64,000 nt of DNA from contig CAVWFS010000003.1 in the NCBI GenBank assembly GCA_963754315.1, forward strand, positions 97,261 through 161,260, read 5' to 3'. Source of the stretch: an uncultured Candidatus Rokubacteria bacterium (GTDB taxonomy: Bacteria > Methylomirabilota > Methylomirabilia > Rokubacteriales > CSP1-6). Numbering within the stretch: position 1 is the first letter of the stretch; each line of letters opens with the position of its first letter. Below are positions 45,275 through 57,252 of the stretch, one piece after another. The notes under the pieces were generated by a model that ran no database searches, had not been told where the DNA came from, and saw only the letters and a list, made by a program, of their open reading frames with translations. Made by a program: the position numbers and the translations under genes.

Positions 45275-46699
45275 ATGACCACGCGGGTGCTCGTCGCCGA
45301 CGACGAGGACAATCTGCGCTGGGTCCTCGACAAGGGCCTGCGTCAGGCCGGCTACGACGTGACAGCGGTCGCTGACGGCGAGAGCGCGCTGCGCGCCTTC
45401 GAGGAGGCGGCGTTCGATCTCGTGTTCCTCGACGTCCGGATGCCAGGCATCGACGGGCTCACCGTTCTCGACAAGATGCGTGAGGTGCGACCCGACGCCA
45501 GCGTGGTGGTGATGACGGCGCACGGCACCATGGATACCGCCATTCAGGCCATGCAGCGCGGCGCCTACGATTATCTGGCCAAGCCCTTCGACCTCGACGC
45601 CGTGCTGCTGCTCGCCGAGCGCGCCATGGCTGCCGCCCGGCTCACTCAAGAGGTCGCCCGTCTGCGCACCAGCCTCAAGGAGGTCTGGGAGTTCGGGGCT
45701 CTCATCGGGCGCCATCCGCGCATGCAGGACGTCTACAAGACCATCGGGCGAGTGGCGGCCAGCGACGTCACCGTGCTCCTGCGCGGCGAGTCGGGCACGG
45801 GCAAGGAGCTGGTGGCGCGAGCGATCCATCACTACAGCCGTCGCGCGGGCCGGCCTTTCATCGCCGTCTCGGCCGCGGCCATTCCCGGTACCCTCCTGGA
45901 ATCAGAGCTGTTTGGCCACGAGCGCGGCGCCTTTACCGACGCCAAAGAGCGCCGGCTCGGCAAGCTCGAGCTGGCGCATGGCGGCACCCTCTTCCTCGAC
46001 GAGATCGGCGATATGCCCGTCGATCTGCAGACGAAGCTGCTGCGGGCCCTGCAGGAGCGGACCATCGAGCGGGTGGGAGGTCAGGAATCCATCCGCATCG
46101 ACGTCCGCGTGCTGGCCGCGACCAACCGCGATCTGGAATCGCTCATGAAGGAGGGGCGGTTCCGGGAGGATCTCTACTATCGTCTGAACGTGGTGACCCT
46201 GCACCTGCCGCCCTTGCGGGAGCGCCGCCGCGACGTGCCGCTCCTGATGGAGCACTTCCTGGCCAAGTACGCGGCAGAGCTGGGCGAGCGTGGGGTCGCT
46301 CCTGATGCGCTCGATCGCCTGGTGGGTTACGACTGGCCCGGCAACGTGCGCGAGCTGGAAAACGTCGTTCAGCGCGCCATGGTGATGGCCACCAACGGCG
46401 TGATCCTGCCCGAACACCTCCCTATCGGCCCCGTGTCGGCAGCCGCCTCGGTGGCCGTGGACGCCACCCTGGAGGACATCATCGAGCACAAGCTCGTGCA
46501 GTGCGTGAGCGGCCTCCGGGAGCAGGCGAGCGCCAACCTCTACGACCTCATCGTCGGCCTGGTAGAAAAGCCGCTCCTGCGGGCGGTGCTGCGCGAGACG
46601 CGCGGTAACCAGGTGCGGGCCGCCCAGATCCTCGGCATCAACCGCAACACGCTCCGTAAGAAACTCACCGAGCACGCCATCGACCCCGATCAATCGTAA
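45275..46699 (+). CDS. Sigma54-dependent response regulator, NtrC-like
   Basis: Receiver domain, GESGTGKE, GAFTDA, WPGNVREL, Fis-type HTH GINRNTLRKK. Confidence 0.93.
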   Translation: MTTRVLVADDEDNLRWVLDKGLRQAGYDVTAVADGESALRAFEEAAFDLVFLDVRMPGIDGLTVLDKMREVRPDASVVVMTAHGTMDTAIQAMQRGAYDYLAKPFDLDAVLLLAERAMAAARLTQEVARLRTSLKEVWEFGALIGRHPRMQDVYKTIGRVAASDVTVLLRGESGTGKELVARAIHHYSRRAGRPFIAVSAAAIPGTLLESELFGHERGAFTDAKERRLGKLELAHGGTLFLDEIGDMPVDLQTKLLRALQERTIERVGGQESIRIDVRVLAATNRDLESLMKEGRFREDLYYRLNVVTLHLPPLRERRRDVPLLMEHFLAKYAAELGERGVAPDALDRLVGYDWPGNVRELENVVQRAMVMATNGVILPEHLPIGPVSAAASVAVDATLEDIIEHKLVQCVSGLREQASANLYDLIVGLVEKPLLRAVLRETRGNQVRAAQILGINRNTLRKKLTEHAIDPDQS

Positions 46700-46770
46700 T
46701 GGGGGGCCCCGAGATGGCCCCCATACCCCTCAGCGCTCGGGGTACCCGGGGGGGAACCCCGAGACACCCT
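46699..46770 (-). repeat. Two-hairpin REP-like element
   Basis: Minus strand: CTCGGGG..GGTACCCCGAG, GAGCGC, G-run, ATGGGGGCC..GGCCCCCCAT. Confidence 0.75.
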
Positions 46771-46820
46771 TCGATGTCGGGCGAGCTTCGGCAATATGGC
46801 CCGCCCAAACGCACGGGACG

Positions 46821-47802
46821 GTGAGGCGCATGTTCGCCACGCTGCTCTTCGCCCTTGGCCTTTTGGCAATGCCGCTCGCCGCCGGGGCTCAGCAGACGGG
46901 GACGGTGTACCGAATCGGAATCCTCACACCTGCCGGGCGGCCGGCCGCTTCGACTCCGGGGGGAGCCACGGTCATTGTTCCCATGGCCCTGCGCGAGCTG
47001 GGCTACGTCGAAGGCAAGAATCTCGTCGTCGAGCGACGATTCGCCGCGGGGACGATCGACCGGCTCCCCGCGCTGGCCCGGGAACTTGTGGGACTCCGCG
47101 TAGACGTGATTGTCGCGGTGAGTGCGGGAGCTGTCCAGGCAGCCATGGGGGCGACGAAGACCATCCCTATCGTGATGATCGCCAGCGATCCGGTCGGCCA
47201 CGGGCTCGTGGCCAACCTCGCCCGTCCCGGGGGAAATGTCACAGGGGTGGCCACGGTGCCCGAGACCGACCTGGTCAGCAAGCGGCTGTCGTTGATCAAG
47301 GAAGCCGTGCCGCGAGTGTCGCGGATCGCGCTGCTCACCACCGGCGAACCCAGTGCCAGAACTCAAGTGGAGAAGGCCCAGCAGACCGCGCCATCTCTGG
47401 GTGTCAAGCTGGTCGTTGTCGAAGTTCAGAGACACCGTCCACGACCGTGCGTTTGCCACGATGCTAACCGGGGGCGCGGGCGCCCTCTTCGTCGTCGCCA
47501 GCCCCATTCTCAATCGAGATCGGAAGCGGATCCATGAGCTTGCCGCGAAGCACCGGATACCCGCCATCTACGACTGGCCCGATAACGCGGACGAGGGCGG
47601 CCTCATGGCCTATGGCAGCCGCGGCCCCACGGAGCGCATAGCGAACTACGTCGTCAAGATTCTCGAGGGCGCCAAGCCGGCCGACCTGCCCGTCGAGCAG
47701 CCGACCAAATTGGAGCTCGTCGTTAACCTCAGAACAGCCAAGGCGCTCGGCCTGACCATCCCGCCATCGCTGCTGCTACAGGCCGATCAGCTGATAGAGT
47801 GA
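46821..47802 (+). CDS. ABC transporter substrate-binding protein, ABC_sub_bind family (frameshift near 47430)
   Basis: LRELGYVEGKNL, LARPGGNVTG, GAKPADLPVEQPTK, TAKALGLTIP. Confidence 0.88.
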
Positions 47803-47842
47803 TGGATTCTCTGACGTTCAGAACGTTGGGTCGAGTCGTGCC

Positions 47843-48304
47843 ATGATGAAGCCCAGGATCTACACGGACACATCAGTGGTCGGCGGCTGCGAAGACGTCG
47901 AGTTTCGCGACCCGTCCCGCCGCCTGCTTGAGGCCTTCCGGCGCGGGGACATGACTCTCGTGATCTCCGAGCTGACCCTTCGTGAGCTAGAAGGCGCCCC
48001 GGCTTCGGTCCGTGACGTGCTCGGACGCGTTCCTGCCGACCGGATCGAAGTGCTCCCCTTGTCCGGTGAGGCCGAGGATCTCGCGTCGGCCTACATCGCC
48101 GACGGAGCCATTCCATCTCGCATGCGAGCCGATGGTCTTCACATCGCCTTAGCCACTGTCGCGAGAGTCGATGTGCTGGTCAGCTGGAACTTCAAGCACG
48201 TGGTCAACCTGAGGCGTATCCACGCCTACAATGCCGTAAACCTGAAGCGGGGATATCCGCTCTTGGAAATCCGAACCCCGCGGGAGGTCGTTGAGGATGA
48301 GTGA
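47843..48304 (+). CDS. PIN-domain protein
   Basis: IYTDTSV, DGLHIALA, VSWNFKH. Confidence 0.88.
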   Translation: MMKPRIYTDTSVVGGCEDVEFRDPSRRLLEAFRRGDMTLVISELTLRELEGAPASVRDVLGRVPADRIEVLPLSGEAEDLASAYIADGAIPSRMRADGLHIALATVARVDVLVSWNFKHVVNLRRIHAYNAVNLKRGYPLLEIRTPREVVEDE

Positions 48305-48497
48305 TCCCCAGTCCCACCAACTCGATTGCGTGCGGGCAGCACGAGAGACGCGCGACAGGATCAGCGCCGAGATTGAACATATGAACCCCGATCAGCTTAT
48401 TTCCTGGTTACGGTCCCACCGCTACTCGGATCCAGTTCTCAGGCGACTGGCGGAGAAGGCTGCTCAACAAGCTGCTTCGGCCGCCAGTGCTTTGTAA
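48297..48497 (+). CDS. Small protein coupled to PIN gene (putative antitoxin)
   Basis: Overlaps the PIN stop; 66 aa helical (DCVRAARETRDRI). Confidence 0.55.
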   Translation: MSDPQSHQLDCVRAARETRDRISAEIEHMNPDQLISWLRSHRYSDPVLRRLAEKAAQQAASAASAL

Positions 48498-48589
48498 CGC
48501 TGCTCCCCTCCTCGTTCGGGGCACCCCGGGCTCGTCGGGGCGCTCCTCTATTCAGCGCGCCCTACCGCGTGGAGGCTTCCCGTCGTTGA

Positions 48590-50467
<1,878 letters not shown>

Positions 50468-50507
50468 CTACCATGACGACGACCTCAGCCGAGACAGCGA
50501 GGACGCC

Positions 50508-51716
50508 ATGAAGATCGCGTGGTTTCACCTGATGCCGTATCGTTTTCTCCCCGACGACTTCGAGCACGCCTACCGTTCGGTCTGGGTCGATCCACCCCAT
50601 CATCTGTTCGATCCCGAGAAGACCCGCGGGCTCTATCACGAGTTTCTGGACGAGCTCGAGTTCGCGGAGGGAGCGGGCTTCGACGGCCTCTGCGTCAACG
50701 AGCACCACAACAACGCCTACGGACTGATGCCGTCGCCCAATCTCATGGCGGCCGCCCTCACCCGCCGGACCTCGCAGGCGGCGATCATCGTGCTCGGCAA
50801 CAGCCTGGCCGCTTACAATCCGCCCCTGCGGGTGGCCGAGGAGTTTGCCATGCTGGACCTGCTCTCGGGGGGCCGTCTGGTGGCGGGGTTCCCGGTGGGC
50901 ACGTCGATGGACATGAACTTCGCGTATGGCATCGATCCTTCCACCCTCCGCGATCGCTATTACGAGGCCCACGACCTGGTCATGCAGGCGTGGACGCGGC
51001 CCGAGGTGTTCGCGTTCAACGGCAAGTACACGAAGTCCCGCTATGTGAACATCTGGCCGCAGCCGCTCCAGAAGCCGCACCCGCCCGTGTGGATCCCTGG
51101 TGGTGGAAGCGTGGAGACGTGGGAGTGGACGGCGAAGCTCGACTACGTCTACTGCTATCTGTCCTACTACGGCTACAAGCGCGGCCAGGCCACCATGGAC
51201 GGTTTCTGGGAGGCCGTCGCCCGGGTGGGAGCAGAGCCGAATCCGTTTCGCGCCGGGTTCCTGCAGCTGGTGTGCGTGGCTGACAGCGACGCCGAGGCCG
51301 AGCGTCTCTACTTCCCACACGTGCACTACTTCTATCAGAAGTGTCTGAACGTCTGGGAGGGCTTCGCGGAGGCGCCGGGCTACCGGACCCTCAAGACCTT
51401 GCGGTCGGGACTCAGACCGCAGTTCGGCGCCCAGGCCAAGAAGGCGCGGCAGTCGCTCGATTGGGGCAAGTACGTCGACGAGGGATACGTCATCGCGGGT
51501 GGCCCCGCCACCGTGCGCGAACAGCTCCGCGATTGCATCAAGAAGCTGCGGGTCGGACATCTCATGGTCCTGATGCAGATCGGCAGCATGCCGAAGGACC
51601 TGGCGCAGCACAACACCGGCCTCTTCGCGCGCGAGGTGCTCCCGCATGTGCGCGACCTCTGGCCGGAGTGGAAGGATCGCTGGTGGCCATCGGCGGCTCG
51701 CAACGGCCATGGCTAA
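50508..51716 (+). CDS. LLM-class flavin-dependent oxidoreductase
   Basis: GFDGLCVNEHH, PLRVAEEFAMLDLLSGGRL, PLQKPHPP. Confidence 0.92.
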   Translation: MKIAWFHLMPYRFLPDDFEHAYRSVWVDPPHHLFDPEKTRGLYHEFLDELEFAEGAGFDGLCVNEHHNNAYGLMPSPNLMAAALTRRTSQAAIIVLGNSLAAYNPPLRVAEEFAMLDLLSGGRLVAGFPVGTSMDMNFAYGIDPSTLRDRYYEAHDLVMQAWTRPEVFAFNGKYTKSRYVNIWPQPLQKPHPPVWIPGGGSVETWEWTAKLDYVYCYLSYYGYKRGQATMDGFWEAVARVGAEPNPFRAGFLQLVCVADSDAEAERLYFPHVHYFYQKCLNVWEGFAEAPGYRTLKTLRSGLRPQFGAQAKKARQSLDWGKYVDEGYVIAGGPATVREQLRDCIKKLRVGHLMVLMQIGSMPKDLAQHNTGLFAREVLPHVRDLWPEWKDRWWPSAARNGHG

Positions 51717-52509
51717 GCGGGTCGGCGCTCCGCGAGAGCAGCTGGTCACAGTCTGGGGAGGTGACGTCACCTTCCAGGTGCTGTCGGCCGGGAAAGGTCC
51801 GGACCTTGTCTACTTTCACTCCTTCCACGAGCGTGGGGGGTGGTCGCCGTTCCTGGTCGAGCTGGCGCGTCGCCACACCGTGTATGCCCCAGTCCATCCG
51901 GGAGTGGCCAGATCGACTGGCGTGGAGCGCCTTGATGATCATGTCGATCTGATCCTGGCCTACGATGAGCTGCTGGCCGCGCTCGGTCTGCGCGCGGCGC
52001 ATCTGGTCGGACACTTCTTCGGCGCCATGGTAGCCGCCGAGATCGCCGCCGTGTTCCCGGCGCGCGCGCGAACGCTCGTCCTGGCCTCACCGCTCGGCCT
52101 CTGGCGTGATGACGCACCGTCCGCCGACGTGCTGATCCTGCCGGCCGACGAGCTGGCGATGGCCCTCTGGAAGGATCCGGCGTCGGACGCGGCACGGGCG
52201 TGGGCAACCCTGCCCGCGACGGAAGCCGAAAACGTCGAAGCGCAGATCGAATCGATCGCCCGCCGGGCGGCCATGGGTAAGTTCGTTTGGCCGATCCCCG
52301 ACCGCGGTCTCACCAAGCGGCTGCACCGGATCGCGGCGCCCACCCTCATCGTGTGGGGCGACGAGGACCGCGCGAACCCGGTGGTCTATGCCGGGGAGTG
52401 GCAGCGGCGCATCAAGGGTTCCGCGCTCCAGCTCCTTCCGGGTGGCCACATGCTGATCCACGAATCGCCCGTTCAGACGGCGGACGTCGTGCGAAGGTTC
52501 GCCGGATGA
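51709..52509 (+). CDS. Alpha/beta hydrolase fold protein lacking the Ser nucleophile
   Basis: LVGHFFGAMVA elbow, PTLIVWGDED, GGHMLIHE. Confidence 0.85.
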   Translation: MAKRVGAPREQLVTVWGGDVTFQVLSAGKGPDLVYFHSFHERGGWSPFLVELARRHTVYAPVHPGVARSTGVERLDDHVDLILAYDELLAALGLRAAHLVGHFFGAMVAAEIAAVFPARARTLVLASPLGLWRDDAPSADVLILPADELAMALWKDPASDAARAWATLPATEAENVEAQIESIARRAAMGKFVWPIPDRGLTKRLHRIAAPTLIVWGDEDRANPVVYAGEWQRRIKGSALQLLPGGHMLIHESPVQTADVVRRFAG

Positions 52510-53294
52510 ACGAGCTCGTGGCTGGGAGCGCCATCGTCACGGGCGCCGGGTCGGGCATTGGCAGGGCCATCGCGTCGGCGCTCGCCGAGCGCGGAGCGCC
52601 CGTGGGCCTGGTGGATGTTTTGCCCGAGGGCGTTACAGAGCTTGCCCAGATCCTCAAGGACAAGGGGCGTCGGGTGGCAACAGCCCAGGCCGACGTCAGC
52701 CGATGGGAGGAGATCGACCACGCCCTGAGCGCGACTATCAGGGACCTCGGCCCGGTGGGTATCCTCGTCAACGCCGCCGGCATCCTCGACGGGTATGCGA
52801 GCGCTGACGAAATGTCACCCGCCCTCTGGGAACGCGTGATCTCCATCAACCTTACCGGAACGTTTCTTGCCGCCAAGCGTGTGCTGCCCGACATGCTGGC
52901 GCGCGGGGTCGGACGCATCGTCAACATCGCCTCGGTCGCGGGAGTGGTCGGCTCGGGGGGAGGGGCCGCCTACACGGCTTCCAAACACGGCGTCGTTGGT
53001 CTTACCCGTCAGCTCGCCATCACCTATGCCGACCGCGGAGTGACAGTGAACGCGATCGGGCCGGGGGCCATCACCACCGGCCTGCGCGCGAACTCCAGCC
53101 GCATCCTCGGCGCGAACGCACCGGTGATGCGCGGTGTCGGCGGCGACGAGGCCGCGGTGCGAGCGATCACGCCGGCCGGTCGGCGCGGAACCCTGGATGA
53201 AATCGCGGCGGCGGCCTGCTTCCTGGCGTCGGTCGACGCCGCCTACATGACGGGCCATACGCTGATGGTCGACGGAGGGTGGACGGCGAGATGA
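52506..53294 (+). CDS. SDR family oxidoreductase
   Basis: TGAGSGIG, NAAG, YTASK, VDGG. Confidence 0.93.
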   Translation: MNELVAGSAIVTGAGSGIGRAIASALAERGAPVGLVDVLPEGVTELAQILKDKGRRVATAQADVSRWEEIDHALSATIRDLGPVGILVNAAGILDGYASADEMSPALWERVISINLTGTFLAAKRVLPDMLARGVGRIVNIASVAGVVGSGGGAAYTASKHGVVGLTRQLAITYADRGVTVNAIGPGAITTGLRANSSRILGANAPVMRGVGGDEAAVRAITPAGRRGTLDEIAAAACFLASVDAAYMTGHTLMVDGGWTAR

Positions 53295-54434
53295 TTACGA
53301 AGTTCTCCGTGCTCTATGTCGGTCAGATCGAGCTCGACAACATCGGCCTCGCGGGAACCCCGGCCAACGAGCGTCGGTACACGAACGAACAGCTGAGCCA
53401 GGCCTTCTTCACGGCGCGCGACATCGCGCAGACCATGGACGAGCTCGGCTACGAGGCCTTGTGGACGGCCGAGCACCACTTCCAGCGCGAGGGATACGAG
53501 GTCTTTCCCAACCTGATCCAGCTCTCGCTGTGGCTGGCCACTCAGACGAAGCGCCTCAAGTTCGGCTGCGCCTTCAACATCGCCCCCATGTGGCATCCGG
53601 TACGCCTGGCCGAGGATTACGCCATGGCGGACATCGTCACCGACGGACGCGTCATCATGGGTGTTGGACGCGGCTACCACACGCGCGAGGTCGAGTCGTT
53701 CGGGGCGCCGCTGCTCGACGCCGAGGCGAACCGCGAACTGTTCGAGGAACAGGTGGATGTGCTTCTCAAGTGCTTCCACCAAGAGGCCTTCTCCCACAAG
53801 GGCAAGCACTACGAGATTCCGCCTCCCGTCGAGTACCGTGGTTACACCTTGCGTGAGATCACCTGCGTACCCCGTCCCAAGCATCAGCCCGTCGAGATCT
53901 GGATGCCCATCGCCAGCGGCAAGTCCATCGATTTCATGTCCCGCCACAACTTCAAGGCCATGGTGACCCTCAACGGCGAGAAGATCCTCGATCAGGTCGT
54001 GAGGCAGTATCACGCGGCCTGTCTGCGTCACGGGCACCAAAAGCAGCTCGGGCGAAGATGTGTGCTGGGGAGCGGGTGTCTACCTGGCTCCCACCGAGGA
54101 GGAGGCCATCCGGCGCGTGGAACCCGCCCACGACGAGCGCTATAAATGGTTTGCACCCTTCGGCTTCGTCCGCTACGCGGACGAGCAAGGGCGTACCTGG
54201 GGCACGCCAGGGGCTCCCGCTCGCACGCCGTTCCTGCGCGACGGCGTGCAGCAGAAGGCGTGGTTCTGCGGGCCGCCCGCCCACGTCATCGAGGGCATCA
54301 AGTCGATCGAGGCCAAGTATCCAGGCCTCGATCACTTCATGGTTCACTGGGCCGAGGGGTTGTCTCCCAGGGAGTTCAAGGAACAGCTCACCTGGTTTGC
54401 CCGCGACGTGATGCCGGCCTTCCGCCGGTCCTGA
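53291..54434 (+). CDS. LLM-class flavin-dependent oxidoreductase (frameshift near 54050)
   Basis: LWTAEHHF, HPVRLAEDYA, GVGRGY; C-terminal FARDVMPAF in the second frame. Confidence 0.9.
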
Positions 54435-54577
54435 CCTTATACCCCTCCCGGGTATATCTGCCTCGGGGATGACCCCTAGGGGTTGGGTTTTTTGTTTTCT
54501 CCCCCTCGTACATATGGTAGTAATACCCTCGACTCGACAGCCGGGGAGATCCGGATCACGAGGAGGGAGGACGGCAC

Positions 54578-54751
54578 ATGGCCAAGGCGGTGAAGGGTGG
54601 CAAGAAACCGTTCGGAGGGTTCTCCATCAACTTCAAGGGCGCCTCGGACAGCCTCGAGTCGGTGTTTGGCGACAGCCCGATCGGGCCGGCCGAGATGACC
54701 AAGAAGCTGTGGGTCTACGTGAAACGAAAGAAGCTCTCCGGCAAGCGATAG
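54578..54751 (+). CDS. 57-aa basic mini-protein resembling half a SWIB/MDM2 domain (absent from the ORF track)
   Basis: GGAGG RBS; MAKAVKGGKKPFGGFSINFKGASDSLESVFGDSPIGPAEMTKKLWVYVKRKKLSGKR. Confidence 0.8.
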   Translation: MAKAVKGGKKPFGGFSINFKGASDSLESVFGDSPIGPAEMTKKLWVYVKRKKLSGKR

Positions 54752-54764
54752 GAACTCGGGTACC

Positions 54765-54832
54765 GAGGTGGGCGGTCCGGGTCCCCGGGCCGCCCCGAGC
54801 GCAGGGGCCTGCGGGACACGCTCGGAGCCCAT
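54765..54832 (+). repeat. Divergent two-hairpin REP-like element
   Basis: GGGCGGTCCGGG..CCCGGGCCGCCC, GAGCGC, AGGGG, ..GCCCAT. Confidence 0.55.
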
Positions 54833-54848
54833 GCGAAGGGTTCTCCCC

Positions 54849-55498
54849 TCACAACTGGTCCAGTCGCGTGACCACCAAGTCGGCGGAGAATCCGAGTTCT
54901 TCCTCGGGCAAGTTCGCGCGATTACACCAGGCTACCCGGTAGCCGAAGGCCTTTGCCCCCGCCACATCCCACGCGTTCGATGACACGAAGAGGATCTGGT
55001 CTGCCGGTAACCGTAGGGCCGCCGGCCCGAGGGCATAGACGGCGGGGGCGGGCTTGAAGACCTCTCACCGCATCCACGGAAAGGACCTGAGGGAGCCAGG
55101 GGCCGAGGCCACTCGAGTCCACGGCGGCCTTCAGCATGGCGGGCGCGCCGTTGGACAGAACCGCACATGGCCGGGGAGCGAGACGGGCCAGCGCCGCCTT
55201 CACCTCCGGGAAGCAGGCCAGGGTCAGGTAGGCCGCCATCAGGCGGTCGATCTGGGTGCTGGTCGCGCTCAGGGCGAGGCGACGGATCGCGTAGCGGAGA
55301 GCCGCCTCGGTGACTCGCCCAGAAGTCTTCGTAGCGCCCCATCAGCGAACGAAGCCAGGTGTATTCCAGTTGCTTCTGCCGCCAGAGCGTCGACAGCGCA
55401 GCCGGATCGCTGGTGATTTCCCGGCCCGCCTCCATCACCGAGTGGACGTCGAACAAGGTTCCGTAGGCGTCGAAGACGTAGGCGCGGATCTGGGACAA
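54849..55498 (-). CDS. Haloacid dehalogenase type II (two frameshifts)
   Basis: FDAYGTLFDV, WRQKQLEYTW, LSNG, VAWCNR. Confidence 0.88.
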
Positions 55499-55523
55499 TG
55501 GGCGCGTGAGCGACCCGCGCCGA

Positions 55524-56427
55524 TCAGCGGCGAACGCTGGTTGCCCGGCGGGTTCGGATCGGCTTCTTGGCGGTAACGCGACCCACGGCGGCCGGGACGT
55601 CGAGCCCGGCCTCGATGAAACCGTACCGCAATAGCTTCTGGGCATCCATGAACGACCGTGCTCGGGTCTGGGCCCCGAGCACGATCATCAAGAACTGCCG
55701 CCCCCCCCGCCACGCAGAGACGGACAGGTTGTAGCCGGCCTCGCGCGTGAAGCCCGTCTTGAGCGCTTGCACGCCTCCCGGGTCCCGGAAGAGGGAGATA
55801 TTGCGGCCGTACACGCGTCCGCGGTACACGAAGTTCTGCCCGCCGAGCACCATGCGCGCGTCCGGATAGTCCTCGAGCAGTCGCGCGGTGAGCAGGGCGA
55901 GATCCCGGGCGTTACTGCGCTGGTTGGGATGCGGCAAGCCGTGGGGATTGGCGAAGCGTGTGCCCGTGAGGCCCATGACCGCTGCCTTGGCGTTCATGCG
56001 CTCGACGAAGGCGGCCTCGCTGCCCGCCTACGTGTTCGGCGAGGGCAGTGGCGGCATCGTTGGCGGACGCAATCCCGACCCCTTCCATCACTGTGTGCAG
56101 AGGCACGAGATCGCCCTCACGGAGGCCCATCCGGTACCGGTCCGTACTGGCCGCGTGGTGACTGATGGCGACGACGTCGTCGCTGTGCACACGCCCCGCC
56201 TCGATGCTCTCGAAGGCCAGGTAGAGCGTCATCAACTTCACCAGACTCGCTGGCGCGTGATCGGCCCGAGGATTCTTGGCGAAGAGGGTGCGACCACCCG
56301 GATCCACGAGAAGCACCGATTCCGCACTCAGCACCAACGGACGACTGTGCTGGGCCAAGACGGGTGGGGGAGCAAGAAAAACGGCGAGGCTGACCACCAG
56401 GATGAGTATAGGTCGCACTGGAGACAT
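55524..56427 (-). CDS. D-Ala-D-Ala carboxypeptidase, S11 family (frameshift near 56020)
   Basis: ASLVK (SxxK), SAND (SxN), NPHGL, KTG. Confidence 0.88.
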
Positions 56428-56479
56428 GGGGCCGATTCTAGCCAGCAGGAGCCCGAAGCCGGAAGGAATATATACACAT

Positions 56480-56752
56480 CTAGCGGACGGCCTGCTTCAG
56501 CTCCTTGGACGGCTTGAACCGGGGCAGGCGACCTCCCGCCACGGCGATGGTGCGTCCAGTCTTGGGGTTACGCACCGTACGCGGCTTGCGACGCACGGCG
56601 GAAAAGGTACCGAATCCCACCAGAGTGACGGTGTCACCACGCTTGAGCGCGGTGCGGATCCCGCGCAGCATCGAGCGGACGGCCCGGTCCGTCATCGCGT
56701 TCGACCAGCCGGTCGTGGTCGCCACGCGGCGGATGATTTCGGCTCGGTTCAG
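56480..56752 (-). CDS. HU family DNA-binding protein (apparent CTG start)
   Basis: (M)NRAEII..GFGTF..RNPKTG..FKPSKELK. Confidence 0.88.
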   Translation of the reverse strand: MNRAEIIRRVATTTGWSNAMTDRAVRSMLRGIRTALKRGDTVTLVGFGTFSAVRRKPRTVRNPKTGRTIAVAGGRLPRFKPSKELKQAVR

Positions 56753-56754
56753 AG

Positions 56755-57252
56755 CTACATTCCCATCGCGCCGCGCGCTTCGTCCATGACGGTTTCGGTG
56801 ATGGAGGGATAGCCCTTTCCCTCGGCGTAGCGCTCGATCGCTTTGCGGGCCATGGAGCGGATAAAGGCAGGAATACGTTCGAGGCGCGCCTCGGCCTCGG
56901 TAGTCCACTGCACTCCAGCCGGCGCGCTCATGTCCCCCTCGTTCATCATGGCCGCGAAGGGACAGCCCGGGCCCTCTGTCTCGGCAGTGGGAGTGGGCAC
57001 GCCCACGAAGGCATCGGGACGCGCGCTTGCCATGGACGTCCGTACGTGTTCGAAGGGCTCCGCCGGCACGGTGCGCCCCCCCACCTTCACGCCCAGGCTG
57101 CGCACCAGCTGGGTCTCGAAGGGGTTGGTCAGCATGGCTACGCGGAAGCCACACTCAGGACAGCGAAACACGACGGACAGGGATCCCTCGTCGGGGCCCT
57201 CGGCTTTCAGGAGCTTCATCGGCTCGTCACAGTCGAGACAGAGGAACTTCAT
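56755..57252 (-). CDS. Zn-ribbon plus PCP-reductase-like (BchB C-terminal) domain protein
   Basis: CLDC..CPEC, GCPF, WTTEAEARLERIPAFIR..IERYA. Confidence 0.75.
   Translation of the reverse strand: MKFLCLDCDEPMKLLKAEGPDEGSLSVVFRCPECGFRVAMLTNPFETQLVRSLGVKVGGRTVPAEPFEHVRTSMASARPDAFVGVPTPTAETEGPGCPFAAMMNEGDMSAPAGVQWTTEAEARLERIPAFIRSMARKAIERYAEGKGYPSITETVMDEARGAMGM

Noticed and set aside
45925..45945. GAFTDA instead of GAFTGA as a sign of an inactive enhancer-binding protein
   Set aside because: This is a common natural variant; the key F and T residues and all other AAA+ motifs are intact.
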